Assembly (NCBI GenBank): GCA_002773695.1
Contig: PFAJ01000006.1
Location: 1-56,765 of the forward strand
Reading direction: 5' to 3'
DNA: 56,765 bases
Source of the DNA: Candidatus Doudnabacteria bacterium CG10_big_fil_rev_8_21_14_0_10_41_10
Lineage (GTDB): Bacteria; Patescibacteriota; Doudnabacteria; UBA920; 2-01-FULL-50-11
The first letter of the stretch is position 1, and every line of letters begins with the position of its first letter. Both the position numbers and the translations under genes were made by a program. The notes under the pieces are model-generated. The model was not told the DNA's origin. It saw nothing but the letters and a program-made list of their open reading frames with translations, and ran no database searches. Shown piece after piece: positions 41,318 through 51,100 of the stretch.

Positions 41318-41447
41318 TCTTTAAACTCACCCCCTCTCGGTTTAGTGAATTTTATAGTTCTAAAACTCCAAAAAATAAAATCAGTATGTGTCAAAATCTT
41401 TTGTTGTGTCTTTTAGTTTCTAAAAACGAGACGGGGATATCTTCCGC

Positions 41448-42659
41448 CTAAAACGTACTAGCTAAATTATATATCGGAAGTAAAATTCCTGCAACCATTA
41501 TACCCACAGCCAAGCCCAAAATAACCATAATGACAGGCTCTATCAGGGTAGTCATTGTCGATATGGTATTTTCCAGCTGTTTATCGTAAAATTCGGACAA
41601 TTTCCTCAAAATTCCCGGTAAATCGCCGGTTTCTTCACCAACCGCGACCATTTGCGCCACCAACGGCGGGATTTCAGATGAATTTTCAAAGATTTTGTTT
41701 AACTGCTTTCCGGTCTGAACTTCTTTTGACGCATCCAAAAATAAATCTCTATAAACCCAATTACCCGTGATTCCAGCCACCAACTGCAAAGATTTTACGA
41801 TATTTATTCCCCCGTCCAAAAGATTCGCGATATGATGAGAAAAACGATAAATATAAATCGTTTGCAAAAATTTACCTACAATCGGAAGTTTAATGATAAT
41901 CCGATCTACCACGTAACGTCCTTTTTCAGTATGAACCATATATCGAAAACCAAAAATAGCGGTTACCATAAGAATTAACACTACCCACCAATATCCGGTA
42001 ACAAAATTGGTTGCCCCTATAATTATCTTGGTCGCGAAAGGCAACTCTGCTCCCGCTTCCAACAGCACCCCGGTCATTTGAGGCAAAACGAAGAAAAACA
42101 TTAGTCCGCCAACCGCAAATAATAATAAAATAATAAAAGCCGGATAGGCCAAGGCCCCGCGAATTTTCGATTTTAAATCATAATCCTTCTCTATTTGATC
42201 AGCTAAATAAATCAAAGTTTTATCCAAAGATCCGGAGGCCTCTCCGGCGCGAACTAAACTTGTATACAATTCCGGAAAAATATCCGGGTTGATCGCAAAC
42301 GCGTCCGATAAACTTTTTCCACCCTCGACTTCAAGGGATGTTTTTTCAATTATAATTTTAAATTTTGGCGAATTAACTTGTTTAACTAAAATCTGCAATG
42401 CTTTTACTATTCGAACTTGCGCGCCTACCAATGTCGAAAGTTGCCTGAAAAACATCACCATTTCTTTGGCTGAAACCGAAGAAAACTTTTTTAAAAGTTC
42501 GTCCAAACTGTCGATCCCGCCCGAAGATATTTCAAATTTAAGAGGCGACAAACCATGCTCTTCCAAAATTTCCGCGGCCTGAACCTCGGAGTCCGCCTCA
42601 ACTCTTCCTGCGACGATCGAGCCTTTCGCATCTTTACTTTTATATCGATATAAAACCAT
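41448..42659 (-). CDS. pilC: Type IV pilus platform protein (GspF family)
   Basis: AGEASG.L, ALAYP, VGEETG.L, EP motifs. Confidence 0.93.
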   Translation of the reverse strand: MVLYRYKSKDAKGSIVAGRVEADSEVQAAEILEEHGLSPLKFEISSGGIDSLDELLKKFSSVSAKEMVMFFRQLSTLVGAQVRIVKALQILVKQVNSPKFKIIIEKTSLEVEGGKSLSDAFAINPDIFPELYTSLVRAGEASGSLDKTLIYLADQIEKDYDLKSKIRGALAYPAFIILLLFAVGGLMFFFVLPQMTGVLLEAGAELPFATKIIIGATNFVTGYWWVVLILMVTAIFGFRYMVHTEKGRYVVDRIIIKLPIVGKFLQTIYIYRFSHHIANLLDGGINIVKSLQLVAGITGNWVYRDLFLDASKEVQTGKQLNKIFENSSEIPPLVAQMVAVGEETGDLPGILRKLSEFYDKQLENTISTMTTLIEPVIMVILGLAVGIMVAGILLPIYNLASTF

Positions 42660-42678
42660 GACTTGTTTTTTTCAATCT

Positions 42679-43752
42679 TTAACGACTAACTAGCGAACTA
42701 AAAATTTCATTATCCAATGAATACGCTTGCGCGTCATCAAAGGTCACCAAGCCTTTTTTAACTAACTCGGACAAATAACGATCCAAAGAAACCATCCCTT
42801 TTGCTCCGGAGCTATGAATAATATTGTAAATTTCATAAGCCCGATTGTCCCGAATAACATTTCTAACAGCCGAATCCGCGAACAGAAGCTCGGTTGCCGG
42901 GATCAACCCCCCGCCAATTTTTGGCAACAACCGAATTGAAACTATTCCAAGCAGGATACTCGACAATTGATTGCGAATCTGTTGTTGTTGATGTGGAGGA
43001 AAAACATCCACTAAACGATCAATCGATTGTGCCGCGTCATTGGTGTGGAGGGTGGCAAAAACCAAGTGGCCGGTCTCGGCAACAGTCACCGTTGCCGCGA
43101 TTGATTCAAAATCGCGCATCTCTCCAACCATAACGACGTTAGGATCTTCCCTTAAAACCGACCGTAACCCTGATTGAAAAGAAACGGTATCTTCAAGCAC
43201 TTCTCGTTGACTGATAATGCTTTTGTCCGGCACAAACACATACTCAATCGGGTCTTCGAATGTTACGATATGCTCTGCTCGCTCATGGTTTATCTTGTCT
43301 ATTATGGAGGCTATCGCGGTCGATTTACCGTGTCCGGTCGGACCGGAAACAATGACTAATCCTTGTTTAACTTTGGTAAATTTTTCCAAAGCTTTTGGTA
43401 AATTTAACTCCTGAAGACTTTTGATTTTATTTGGAATCATCCTGATAGAAACCGCCAAAGTACTTTTCTGATAATAAGCATTCACCCGCAACCGGTGATT
43501 TTCTTTAAAAGGATACGAAAAATCTGTTTGTCTTATTTTTTCCAGCATATCTTTTTTTTGTTTCGGCACCAAAACACTACACAGACTTTCAATATTTTCC
43601 GGGGTCAAAACGTCATGATCTTTCAACTCAAGTAACACCGAGTGCACTCTATAGATTGGCGGTTTTCCGGCGAGTAAATGCAAATCCGACGCGTCTTTTT
43701 CCAACATGTTACTCAAAAGCTTATTGAGAGCTAATTCACTATTTTTGTACAT
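42679..43752 (-). CDS. pilT: Pilus retraction ATPase
   Basis: ASDLHL, GPTGHGKST, EDPIE, GEMRD, TLHTN, AVRNVIRD; start set at MYKN. Confidence 0.93.
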   Translation of the reverse strand: MYKNSELALNKLLSNMLEKDASDLHLLAGKPPIYRVHSVLLELKDHDVLTPENIESLCSVLVPKQKKDMLEKIRQTDFSYPFKENHRLRVNAYYQKSTLAVSIRMIPNKIKSLQELNLPKALEKFTKVKQGLVIVSGPTGHGKSTAIASIIDKINHERAEHIVTFEDPIEYVFVPDKSIISQREVLEDTVSFQSGLRSVLREDPNVVMVGEMRDFESIAATVTVAETGHLVFATLHTNDAAQSIDRLVDVFPPHQQQQIRNQLSSILLGIVSIRLLPKIGGGLIPATELLFADSAVRNVIRDNRAYEIYNIIHSSGAKGMVSLDRYLSELVKKGLVTFDDAQAYSLDNEIFSSLVSR

Positions 43753-43871
43753 ACCGAGGGAATGAAACTTCAAATCGTTATAAAACCAACGGTTTCGTAA
43801 CTTTCAAAGTATTAATTATTGCTATCAAATGACAATAGGATATCTTAATTTAACCCCTAACAATGCCCGAC

Positions 43872-43992
43872 TATGAATTACGAAACTCTCAAGCCGCTAG
43901 TGTCATTGCGACCCCGGACTGGATTGGGGGGCAAGATGAATATTATCGTTCGAGCGACTTGTCCGCCTAAGGAGGAAGTCAAAAACTGCATT
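43872..43992. mobile_element. MITE copy C (half element)
   Basis: TATGAATTACGAAACTC end plus about 105 bp matching the first half of copy D. Confidence 0.8.
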
Positions 43993-44012
43993 CTGCCGGG
44001 CATATTTTATTT

Positions 44013-44369
44013 TTAAACAAATCCAGTAATTACTAATGCTATGTCACGATCACTGCTTTGAAATTTATTTAAATAACTATTCACTCCGCAATTGAGACAA
44101 TTTTCCACGGAAAATCGGTCCTGCCTTTTGGATAAAACGACAATTGGTAAAGAGGACAATTCGTGCCGCAACCGAATAGTTTTTACCAAATCTATTCCAT
44201 CCATATCCGGGAGATCAAGTTCTGTCACAATTACAGAAATAGGAAATTTTACAAACACATCCAAAGCGCGCTTCCCCAAAGAACAATGAGTGACCTCAAT
44301 TCCGGGTGGGCTTATCTTTTCAATAAATATTTCCTTCCAAATTGTATCGGGATCAACAAGTAGAATCAT
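44013..44369 (-). CDS. Single-domain response regulator receiver (atypical)
   Basis: ILLVD...LP.MDG...PIVVLS...G...YLNK fold pattern; Glu at the phosphoacceptor position. Confidence 0.85.
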   Translation of the reverse strand: MILLVDPDTIWKEIFIEKISPPGIEVTHCSLGKRALDVFVKFPISVIVTELDLPDMDGIDLVKTIRLRHELSSLPIVVLSKRQDRFSVENCLNCGVNSYLNKFQSSDRDIALVITGFV

Positions 44370-44373
44370 GGCT

Positions 44374-44461
44374 GGCTACAAAATTACGAATCTATACGAA
44401 AATACAAAAAGTTGTGGCCACGAAAATTCGTACTTTCGTAACTTTTCGTAAGTTCGTAGCC
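44374..44461. repeat. Imperfect inverted repeat of TACGAA/TTCGTA units
   Basis: GGCTAC...(TACGAA)n...(TTCGTA)n...GTAGCC. Confidence 0.7.
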
Positions 44462-44462
44462 A

Positions 44463-46238
44463 CTAGACCTTGGTTACTCTCAAAACCTCTTCTAAACTAG
44501 TCACGCCAAGTAAAACCTTAATATACCCATCCTGCTTCATCGTAACCATCCCCTCTTTCAAAGCTTGATCCAAAATTTTACTTACCGGTTCTTTGTCCGC
44601 AACCAAAGCTTGAATCGATTTAGACATTGACAGTGCCTCAAAAATTCCAATTCTTCCTTTATAACCACTGCTACCACAAGCATTGCATCCCTCTCCGCGC
44701 CATAGACTAATATTGTTTAAATCCACATCCTTCATTTCATCTTTCGGTACATTTTTAAGCTCCTCCAGAATATCTTTTTTAATATCTTCTAAAACCGGAA
44801 CCTTTTTTTTGCACTCCGGGCACAATTTTCTAACCAAACGTTGCGCGAGAACCAAATTTAGAGAAGCCACCAACAAAAAATTATCAACTCCCATATCTAC
44901 CAATCGAGGAACGGCCCCGACCGCGTCGTTGGTGTGTAAAGTGGAAAATACCAAATGTCCGGTCAGCGCGGCGTGAACTGCCAATTCCGCGGTTTCAGAG
45001 TCTCGAATCTCTCCAACCATTACCACGTTCGGGTCTTGACGCAAAATGGAACGCAACCCCGAAGCGAAAGTCAAACCAATTTCCGGTTTTACTTGCGCTT
45101 GGTTTACACCTTCTAGAAAATATTCTACCGGGTCTTCCAAGGTCACAATATTAATCCCAACTTTGTTTAACTTGCTCAAAACCGAAGACAAAGTGGTAGA
45201 TTTTCCACTCCCGGTTGGCCCGGTTACCAAAACCATACCATGAGGTTTTTTCAAATTTTCTTCTACCTTTGCTTTTTGTCTGTTCCAAATACCCAAATCA
45301 TCCAATGTCGGCACGCCGGCGGTTTTATCCAAAATACGCAATACGATTTTTTCACCATTTACCGTCGGCAAAGTAGAAACGCGAAAATCAACCGAAATTT
45401 TACCAAATTGCATGTGGAAACGACCATCTTGCGGTAATCTGGTTTCATCGATTTTTAAATTTGAAAGAATTTTAATTCTGGATATAATCGCCGGATGAAC
45501 TGATTTAGGAATAATTAAAGAGCTTTGCAAAACACCGTCAACCCTGTAGCGCACTCTCAAATCGTGCTCGCTTGGTTCTATATGGATATCGGATGCCCTG
45601 GCCTCAATCGCGTGCTTAATCATCACGTCAACTATTTTTGATATTGGGGCTTCGGTGATTAACTGCGCGGCCTTGTCAGTTTTTATCCTTTGTTCCTGCT
45701 GACGCGCTGAAATTTCTTTTTCTTTTTTTGCAATATCTTCCAGCGCGGTTCGAACTTCTAAGCTAATATCTTTGTTTTGGGAAATCGAATTTTTAAAACT
45801 CGTAATGGATGATAAATAAATTTCAACTATAAAATGTTTTTTTTGAGCAAGAAATTCCAAAGCTTCTAAAGAGGTTAAATCCGCGGGATCGGTGATGGCT
45901 ACTTTTAAAACCTTCCCGTCAAAACCAAAAGGCACAAACTTGTACATCGCAATCGCGCTCTGCGGGATAGTAGCTACCATCTCCTTGGTGATTTTGAAAT
46001 TTTTTAAATCTATATACGGAAGCCTATAGTATTCCGCTCGCAACTGGGTCAACTCTTCTTCGTTAATTATTTTATTTTGCAGAAGCGACTCAATAAAATA
46101 CTGTCCCGAGCCGCGAGATTTTATGGATAGTTGGGAAAGTTTTTTATTATCAATCTTTCCTGAATGCAATAAAAATTCCTCAAAACCAAACATGGCGTTA
46201 GAAGAATTTATTACCTGCTGCTTTACTGGATCCATCAT
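44463..46238 (-). CDS. pilB: Pilus assembly ATPase (GspE/PilB)
   Basis: ASDIHIEP, RLPQDGR, GPTGSGKSTT, LRQDP, CPEC/CNAC Zn motif, GYKGR. Confidence 0.95.
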   Translation of the reverse strand: MMDPVKQQVINSSNAMFGFEEFLLHSGKIDNKKLSQLSIKSRGSGQYFIESLLQNKIINEEELTQLRAEYYRLPYIDLKNFKITKEMVATIPQSAIAMYKFVPFGFDGKVLKVAITDPADLTSLEALEFLAQKKHFIVEIYLSSITSFKNSISQNKDISLEVRTALEDIAKKEKEISARQQEQRIKTDKAAQLITEAPISKIVDVMIKHAIEARASDIHIEPSEHDLRVRYRVDGVLQSSLIIPKSVHPAIISRIKILSNLKIDETRLPQDGRFHMQFGKISVDFRVSTLPTVNGEKIVLRILDKTAGVPTLDDLGIWNRQKAKVEENLKKPHGMVLVTGPTGSGKSTTLSSVLSKLNKVGINIVTLEDPVEYFLEGVNQAQVKPEIGLTFASGLRSILRQDPNVVMVGEIRDSETAELAVHAALTGHLVFSTLHTNDAVGAVPRLVDMGVDNFLLVASLNLVLAQRLVRKLCPECKKKVPVLEDIKKDILEELKNVPKDEMKDVDLNNISLWRGEGCNACGSSGYKGRIGIFEALSMSKSIQALVADKEPVSKILDQALKEGMVTMKQDGYIKVLLGVTSLEEVLRVTKV

Positions 46239-46270
46239 AAATAAATTTACATTAGAACTTACTCATTCAC

Positions 46271-46521
46271 TATGAATTACGAAACTCTCTGAAAACCCCC
46301 TTAGTGTCATTGCGACCACGGACTGGATTTGGGGGACAATCTGAATATTATTATTCGAGCGACTTGTCCGCCCAAGGAGGAAATCAAAAACTGCGTTGTG
46401 GGATCTTCTCGACTCGGCTCGAAATCTGCGACTTCTCGACTCGGCTAACGCCTCGCTCGAAGGATATTAACGATGCCAAGGATCCTCGCAATGAGATTAA
46501 ATTGGAGTTTCGTAATTCATA
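46271..46521. mobile_element. MITE copy D (best preserved)
   Basis: Perfect 17-bp terminal inverted repeats TATGAATTACGAAACTC / GAGTTTCGTAATTCATA; 251 bp; no credible gene inside. Confidence 0.9.
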
Positions 46522-46597
46522 AAATCCGCCTCTGACGAACCTTACGCCATTTAATTTCGTGTCAAACTTGGTCAAATAAAAAAGCTCTATAAAAATA

Positions 46598-46960
46598 CTA
46601 TTCCGAAATTTCTTCTGATGCTATCACTCCCTCTTCAACTAGCCCTGTCTCAAAAGAAAATGGATTTTCCACACCTAATTCTTCCGGGTCGACAGTCAGT
46701 TCTAAAGAAGGAATAAGCTCTAAATATCGCGAATCAGAAAATATACTAGTGTCAATTTCTTCACCAAAAGGCAACACTCCTTTTTGTCCGGAATACATGC
46801 CACCTATAACAGCCTGTTCAGAAAGTCTCGCTATCACTTCCGCGCTTGGTGGGGGGGAGCTATTTCTACCACTCAATAAAATCCATCCATTCGCAATGGC
46901 AATAACCACGATTAAACCAATATAAAAGGTTTTTTTTGTTTTACTTTGAATTTGCGTCAT
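46598..46960 (-). CDS. Membrane-anchored pilus accessory protein (PilP position)
   Basis: One TM helix; G.ENPF motif; follows pilO. Confidence 0.6.
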   Translation of the reverse strand: MTQIQSKTKKTFYIGLIVVIAIANGWILLSGRNSSPPPSAEVIARLSEQAVIGGMYSGQKGVLPFGEEIDTSIFSDSRYLELIPSLELTVDPEELGVENPFSFETGLVEEGVIASEEISE

Positions 46961-46966
46961 ATGACT

Positions 46967-47575
46967 CTATTGTTTCTGATAATATGTTTCAATTACCATA
47001 TCGAACATCGGAATTTCTTCTCCATCTCCAATTTCGATATTTAAAATCTTCACCTCAAGTAATCTTAAATTTTTCTCTATTGACTCTAAAAAATTAACGA
47101 ATTGATCCGCTGTCCCAACCACTGCCAAATCTATCTTCAAAGTAACCAACTTGGGTTTAACGAATGCCCCACTGGGATCTTCCTGTATAATTTCGTCCTG
47201 ACTGCTTTTCGGTTGAGCTCCTCCGGTGGGATCTACCACTTCGGTTACGCTCAATTTGCTAATCGACATGGTATTTAAAAACACCAATTCTTCCAGATCA
47301 GCGATTAAATCAGGGACCGATGGGGTTGTTGGCAGGGCTTCTTTCAAATCTGCCAATCTTGCTTCTTCGCCTTCATAATTCGACATTAAGAGATCTATTT
47401 GATCTAGGGTTACGTTCTTTTCAATCAATTTAATCTGCGTCGCCGTTAAACCGGCTTTGGCATTTTTATAGTCCTTAAATGCCGGCCATAATACAACCCA
47501 AGCTATCGCCAGGACCGAGATAAGCATAACTAATGCAATCAGCTGGTTTCGAGTTTGTGACTTTCTTATAGCCAT
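46967..47575 (-). CDS. pilO: Type IV pilus alignment protein PilO
   Basis: TM plus coiled coil, ALP, FL..IE...RL motifs; synteny. Confidence 0.8.
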   Translation of the reverse strand: MAIRKSQTRNQLIALVMLISVLAIAWVVLWPAFKDYKNAKAGLTATQIKLIEKNVTLDQIDLLMSNYEGEEARLADLKEALPTTPSVPDLIADLEELVFLNTMSISKLSVTEVVDPTGGAQPKSSQDEIIQEDPSGAFVKPKLVTLKIDLAVVGTADQFVNFLESIEKNLRLLEVKILNIEIGDGEEIPMFDMVIETYYQKQ

Positions 47576-47592
47576 AAATCTTTAAACTAACT

Positions 47593-48168
47593 TTATGTAG
47601 AAGCTGAATTTAATAACAAAGAATTATTCATCTCAACTAAAATTTCAAATTTTACCATACCCGAATCTTCTTCCGGAGTTGAATCCAAAAGTTCCACTCT
47701 TAAAAAATTGGGTGAATTTTCTAAGCCCAACATAACCTTGCCCAGTTCGGTAAAATTTATCGCATAACCGCCAACTACAAATTTACCATCATCTGACACC
47801 GATTGCATAGTGGTAAAACGAACAGTTTTCAAAGTCACTTTAGAAAGTTCGTCCCAAGCCTTGGTCCATCGCATATGTTTATCTAAAAGTGTGGTAAAAT
47901 TATCCAAAGTAAACTGCGCGCCAATCGCGACATTTATCTCTTCCATTCTGTCGTTTATTCGCGACTCCATTTCAGAAGCTTCTATTTTTAAACTTTCTTG
48001 AGTCCTGTTGACAACTGAACTTAAAAAATAAAAAGTCCCAAACACCGCCGCTTCCAACACCAAAATCACCACGACTATCCATATAAAGACCGCTTTGGTG
48101 TCTGCGTTTGAAGATTCAGACTGTTTGGATAAACGAGCCCCACCCAATAAATTTGTAGCTGATCCCAT
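47593..48168 (-). CDS. pilN: Type IV pilus alignment protein PilN
   Basis: N-terminal NLL, TM, coiled coil, L..SP.F; synteny. Confidence 0.75.
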   Translation of the reverse strand: MGSATNLLGGARLSKQSESSNADTKAVFIWIVVVILVLEAAVFGTFYFLSSVVNRTQESLKIEASEMESRINDRMEEINVAIGAQFTLDNFTTLLDKHMRWTKAWDELSKVTLKTVRFTTMQSVSDDGKFVVGGYAINFTELGKVMLGLENSPNFLRVELLDSTPEEDSGMVKFEILVEMNNSLLLNSAST

Positions 48169-48174
48169 ACAATT

Positions 48175-49272
48175 TTAGTGTTCCGTCCTTAAAGCCAACC
48201 CAACCCCAACTGTTAATTGTGAAGATAAGGCAGAAAGTTTAGCCTCGACTTTTGGGTCATATATTATTTTTGCCAAAGGGTTCCCTCGGGTCACTTTTGG
48301 TCCCAATAGAATAAATTCTTGATCTATATTTTCCAGCTCCGACCCCCCACCGGTTAAAATTATTTCTGAAACTTTTTTTCCTTGGCTGGTCATAATTTTC
48401 ATCAACTGCTCACACTCGGACTTGATTATTTCTATTACTGTTCCCGCGACCTGTAGTGTTGGAGTGACGGTTTGTTTTTGAAAAGAAGATCTTTTTATTT
48501 CTTCAGCGCGATCAAAACTAACTCCAAAAGCCGAAGCGATGCTGTCTGTTATAGAATCACCGCCAACTGTCAAATGCCTTGACCCGTACAAATATCCTCG
48601 GTCAACCAAAGTTAAATTTGTTGTTTTAGCGCCAATATCGACTATTAAAACCCCGTTTGGAGTTTGAGGGCCAACCAGCGCCCGAATTTGAGATAAAGTT
48701 TCTACCTCCAGCGCCACAGGCTCTAACCCGGCCGCGTCAATTATATGTAAATAATTATTAACAACGTTTTTGGCAAGTGCTGTCAACAAAACATCTACTC
48801 CTTGATCTTGTTTTGGCGCTACAGGCTCTTCACCTTCTATATCTTCTTTATCTTCTTTCTTTTTTAAAATCGGTACCTTCAAAGCCTTTTCTTGCCGTAT
48901 AATTTGCCAGCTCAAATTTACATCTTGTAAAGGCAATGGAATATATTTTTGCGCCTTATATTCGATAGAGCTCTGTATGTCCTTTTCCGGAATCGAAGGT
49001 AAATTCAAAATTGAAACAAATACCATATTAGCAGGCATGGAAACAACGACTTTTTTGGTCGTAAAATTCGATCGTTTGTACAAATCACTCAAAACTTCCG
49101 CGGTTTGATCTAATATGTTAAATTTTCCCTCGCCTCCAGCCGGATATACCACATGAACCATCCCATAACTTTCAAGTATGGCTGTTCCTTTTTCTTGTTT
49201 TATCTGAACCGCCTTTATATAAGAGGTCCCTATGTCAATCCCCAGTACACTTTTACTCCTTGAAAAAAGCAT
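48175..49272 (-). CDS. pilM: Type IV pilus assembly protein PilM
   Basis: LGIDIG, VDIGA, LTGGGS, GLALR actin-like motifs. Confidence 0.93.
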   Translation of the reverse strand: MLFSRSKSVLGIDIGTSYIKAVQIKQEKGTAILESYGMVHVVYPAGGEGKFNILDQTAEVLSDLYKRSNFTTKKVVVSMPANMVFVSILNLPSIPEKDIQSSIEYKAQKYIPLPLQDVNLSWQIIRQEKALKVPILKKKEDKEDIEGEEPVAPKQDQGVDVLLTALAKNVVNNYLHIIDAAGLEPVALEVETLSQIRALVGPQTPNGVLIVDIGAKTTNLTLVDRGYLYGSRHLTVGGDSITDSIASAFGVSFDRAEEIKRSSFQKQTVTPTLQVAGTVIEIIKSECEQLMKIMTSQGKKVSEIILTGGGSELENIDQEFILLGPKVTRGNPLAKIIYDPKVEAKLSALSSQLTVGVGLALRTEH

Positions 49273-49419
49273 AAATTTTTATTTATCTTTCAGTCTTCTT
49301 TTTAATTTAATGTTTTTGTGTCAGATACTTCAAGAAAATTGGACAATAAATTGCCTTTCATTAAAAAAATTATAACACGTGGATAACATTTTTGTCAAAA
49401 TTATTTCTTCCGTAGCTAC

Positions 49420-50658
49420 ACTGATAGTACACAACTAATCGCCAGCCGTTTGCCCTGGTTTTACCTGGCTAAAAGCCTTTGGAACAAGGCAAGGAAGCGG
49501 CCTAAAATAATGGTAAAGTCTTCACACCTAACCATCAACCTTAAAGACATCGCTTCCTTAGTATGGTCAATATACAACAGAGTTATCAAGAGCTCAAAAT
49601 CCGCTTTGGGCCCAAGACAGCCAGGGAATTGCTGCAGGATTGCCTAAAGCAAAACGACAATAATATATCAAAGGCTGCCAGAAAGCTAAAATGCAACAGA
49701 AGGACGGTTATGAAAGCGCTGGTTAAAAAAGAACAAAACAATCTAATGGACGCAAAGCACATACCTAACAGTCAGCCCAGGCAGACTAAACCGGAAATTG
49801 AGGCTCTTGTCCTTAAGTGGCGGGAACAGACCAAACGTGGCAAAAAACGACTACGTAAAATCTTTTTAGACGAAGAAAAAATCACTCTGCCGATATCCAC
49901 CATAGGAAAAATTCTGAAAAGGAACAATGTTAAACTGCGGTACAAGAAACGGAAACACAGAAGCAGTAATCCGCAGGCTTATAATTTTTCCAGCCTCATG
50001 CCATTTGAGAAGTTCCAGTATGACACAAAAGATTACCTTGATAAACAGGCCTTAAAGTAGGAAGCTTACAATCATGTCATCACGCGCGGCCTGCCCCATT
50101 ACCAGTGGACCTTTATTGATGTTAAAAACAGAATCAGATTTCTGGCCTGGTCGTACGAGCTGACCCGAAACTGCGGCATGGCCTTTGAATTGTTGGCTAA
50201 GAGCTGGCTTACTGCCCACGGATTAGCATAAGACCAAATCGAGGCGCGAAGCGATGGCGGAGGAGAAGTTGGGGTTTTAAGGAAAAGCTTTTTTGAAAGA
50301 AACAACCAGCTCTGGTGGCAACTTTTAGGCATAAAGCGCAAAATTATCAGAAAAGGGCATCCGGAGGACGACAGCTTTGTCGAACGATCGCATTTGACTG
50401 ACGATGAAAAATTTTATCTGCCTTTTTTAAGCCAAATTAATTCTGAACAGGAATTATTACAGCGTGGTATGTGGTGGCAGGACTATTACAACCGGCTGAG
50501 AGGACACCAGAGTCTGAATGACCTATCGCCCTACCAGTACTTATAATCTAAAAATTATATCCTACCCGAATCTTTTTGCCGTTTCCCTTCCGTTATCTTG
50601 GACACTATTTGCGTGCAGCCAGAGGTTATTGACTGGTCAAAAGTTGTGTATGATCAGT
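49420..50658 (+). mobile_element. IS481-like insertion sequence (ends approximate)
   Basis: Imperfect inverted repeats ACTGATAGTACACAACT (49420-49436) and AGTTGTGTATGATCAGT (50642-50658), 15/17 match, around a transposase. Confidence 0.75.
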
Positions 50659-50696
50659 TTGACCATGACCATTTAGAAGTGGATAACATTGGATAA
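49563..50696 (+). pseudogene. DDE (rve-type) transposase pseudogene
   Basis: HTH plus QYDTK, SDGGGE, VERSH..D, YN..R.H motifs in one frame; in-frame stops at 50058, 50229 and 50544. Confidence 0.85.
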
Positions 50697-50748
50697 AATA
50701 ATAAAAAATAAACCGGTAATCCGATTTATTTTCGTCTATAAAATTCGA

Positions 50749-51051
50749 CTAAACCCGAATCTCGATTGAATAAGAAATCTTCTGTCCAGCGACGATCCCT
50801 TTTTTCTTCCGAATTTCTGCTTTTAGCGGTAAAAGATACTTCCCGGATTTTTTATCTGGAAAAATTGAAGTATTCCAGCTGATTTTATCCACCCCCACCT
50901 TTACCGGAAGCGATCCCCAACCTCCGGCCATCTCCCCAAACAATTTTTTAATCTCTTGTGACTGCTTTTTGGAAACATTTACAAAATGCCATGCTGTCTT
51001 GCCAGGGTAAATCCAAACCTTTCCTCGAATCTGATACAAAGGATTCTTCAT
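50749..51051 (-). CDS. DUF1905-like protein
   Basis: W.F.....GWGS.PV......W.TSIFP.....Y.LPLKA..RK pattern; start set at MKNP. Confidence 0.8.
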   Translation of the reverse strand: MKNPLYQIRGKVWIYPGKTAWHFVNVSKKQSQEIKKLFGEMAGGWGSLPVKVGVDKISWNTSIFPDKKSGKYLLPLKAEIRKKKGIVAGQKISYSIEIRV

Positions 51052-51100
51052 AATTTTCTTGGTTTTGAACCCTCCACGCACGCTAATAATTTTTAAAAAA

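Noticed and set aside
35743..46521. Repeats as a CRISPR array
   Set aside because: Copies are about 250 bp, dispersed and in both orientations, with no repeat-spacer periodicity and no cas genes
49379..50690. GTGGATAACATT direct repeats (49379-49390 and 50679-50690) as the IS target-site duplication
   Set aside because: They do not abut the inverted repeats and are unevenly spaced from them; they resemble DnaA-box-like motifs
49563..50696. Stop-codon reassignment explaining the transposase stops
   Set aside because: TAA, TAG and TGA all terminate intact conserved genes in this window
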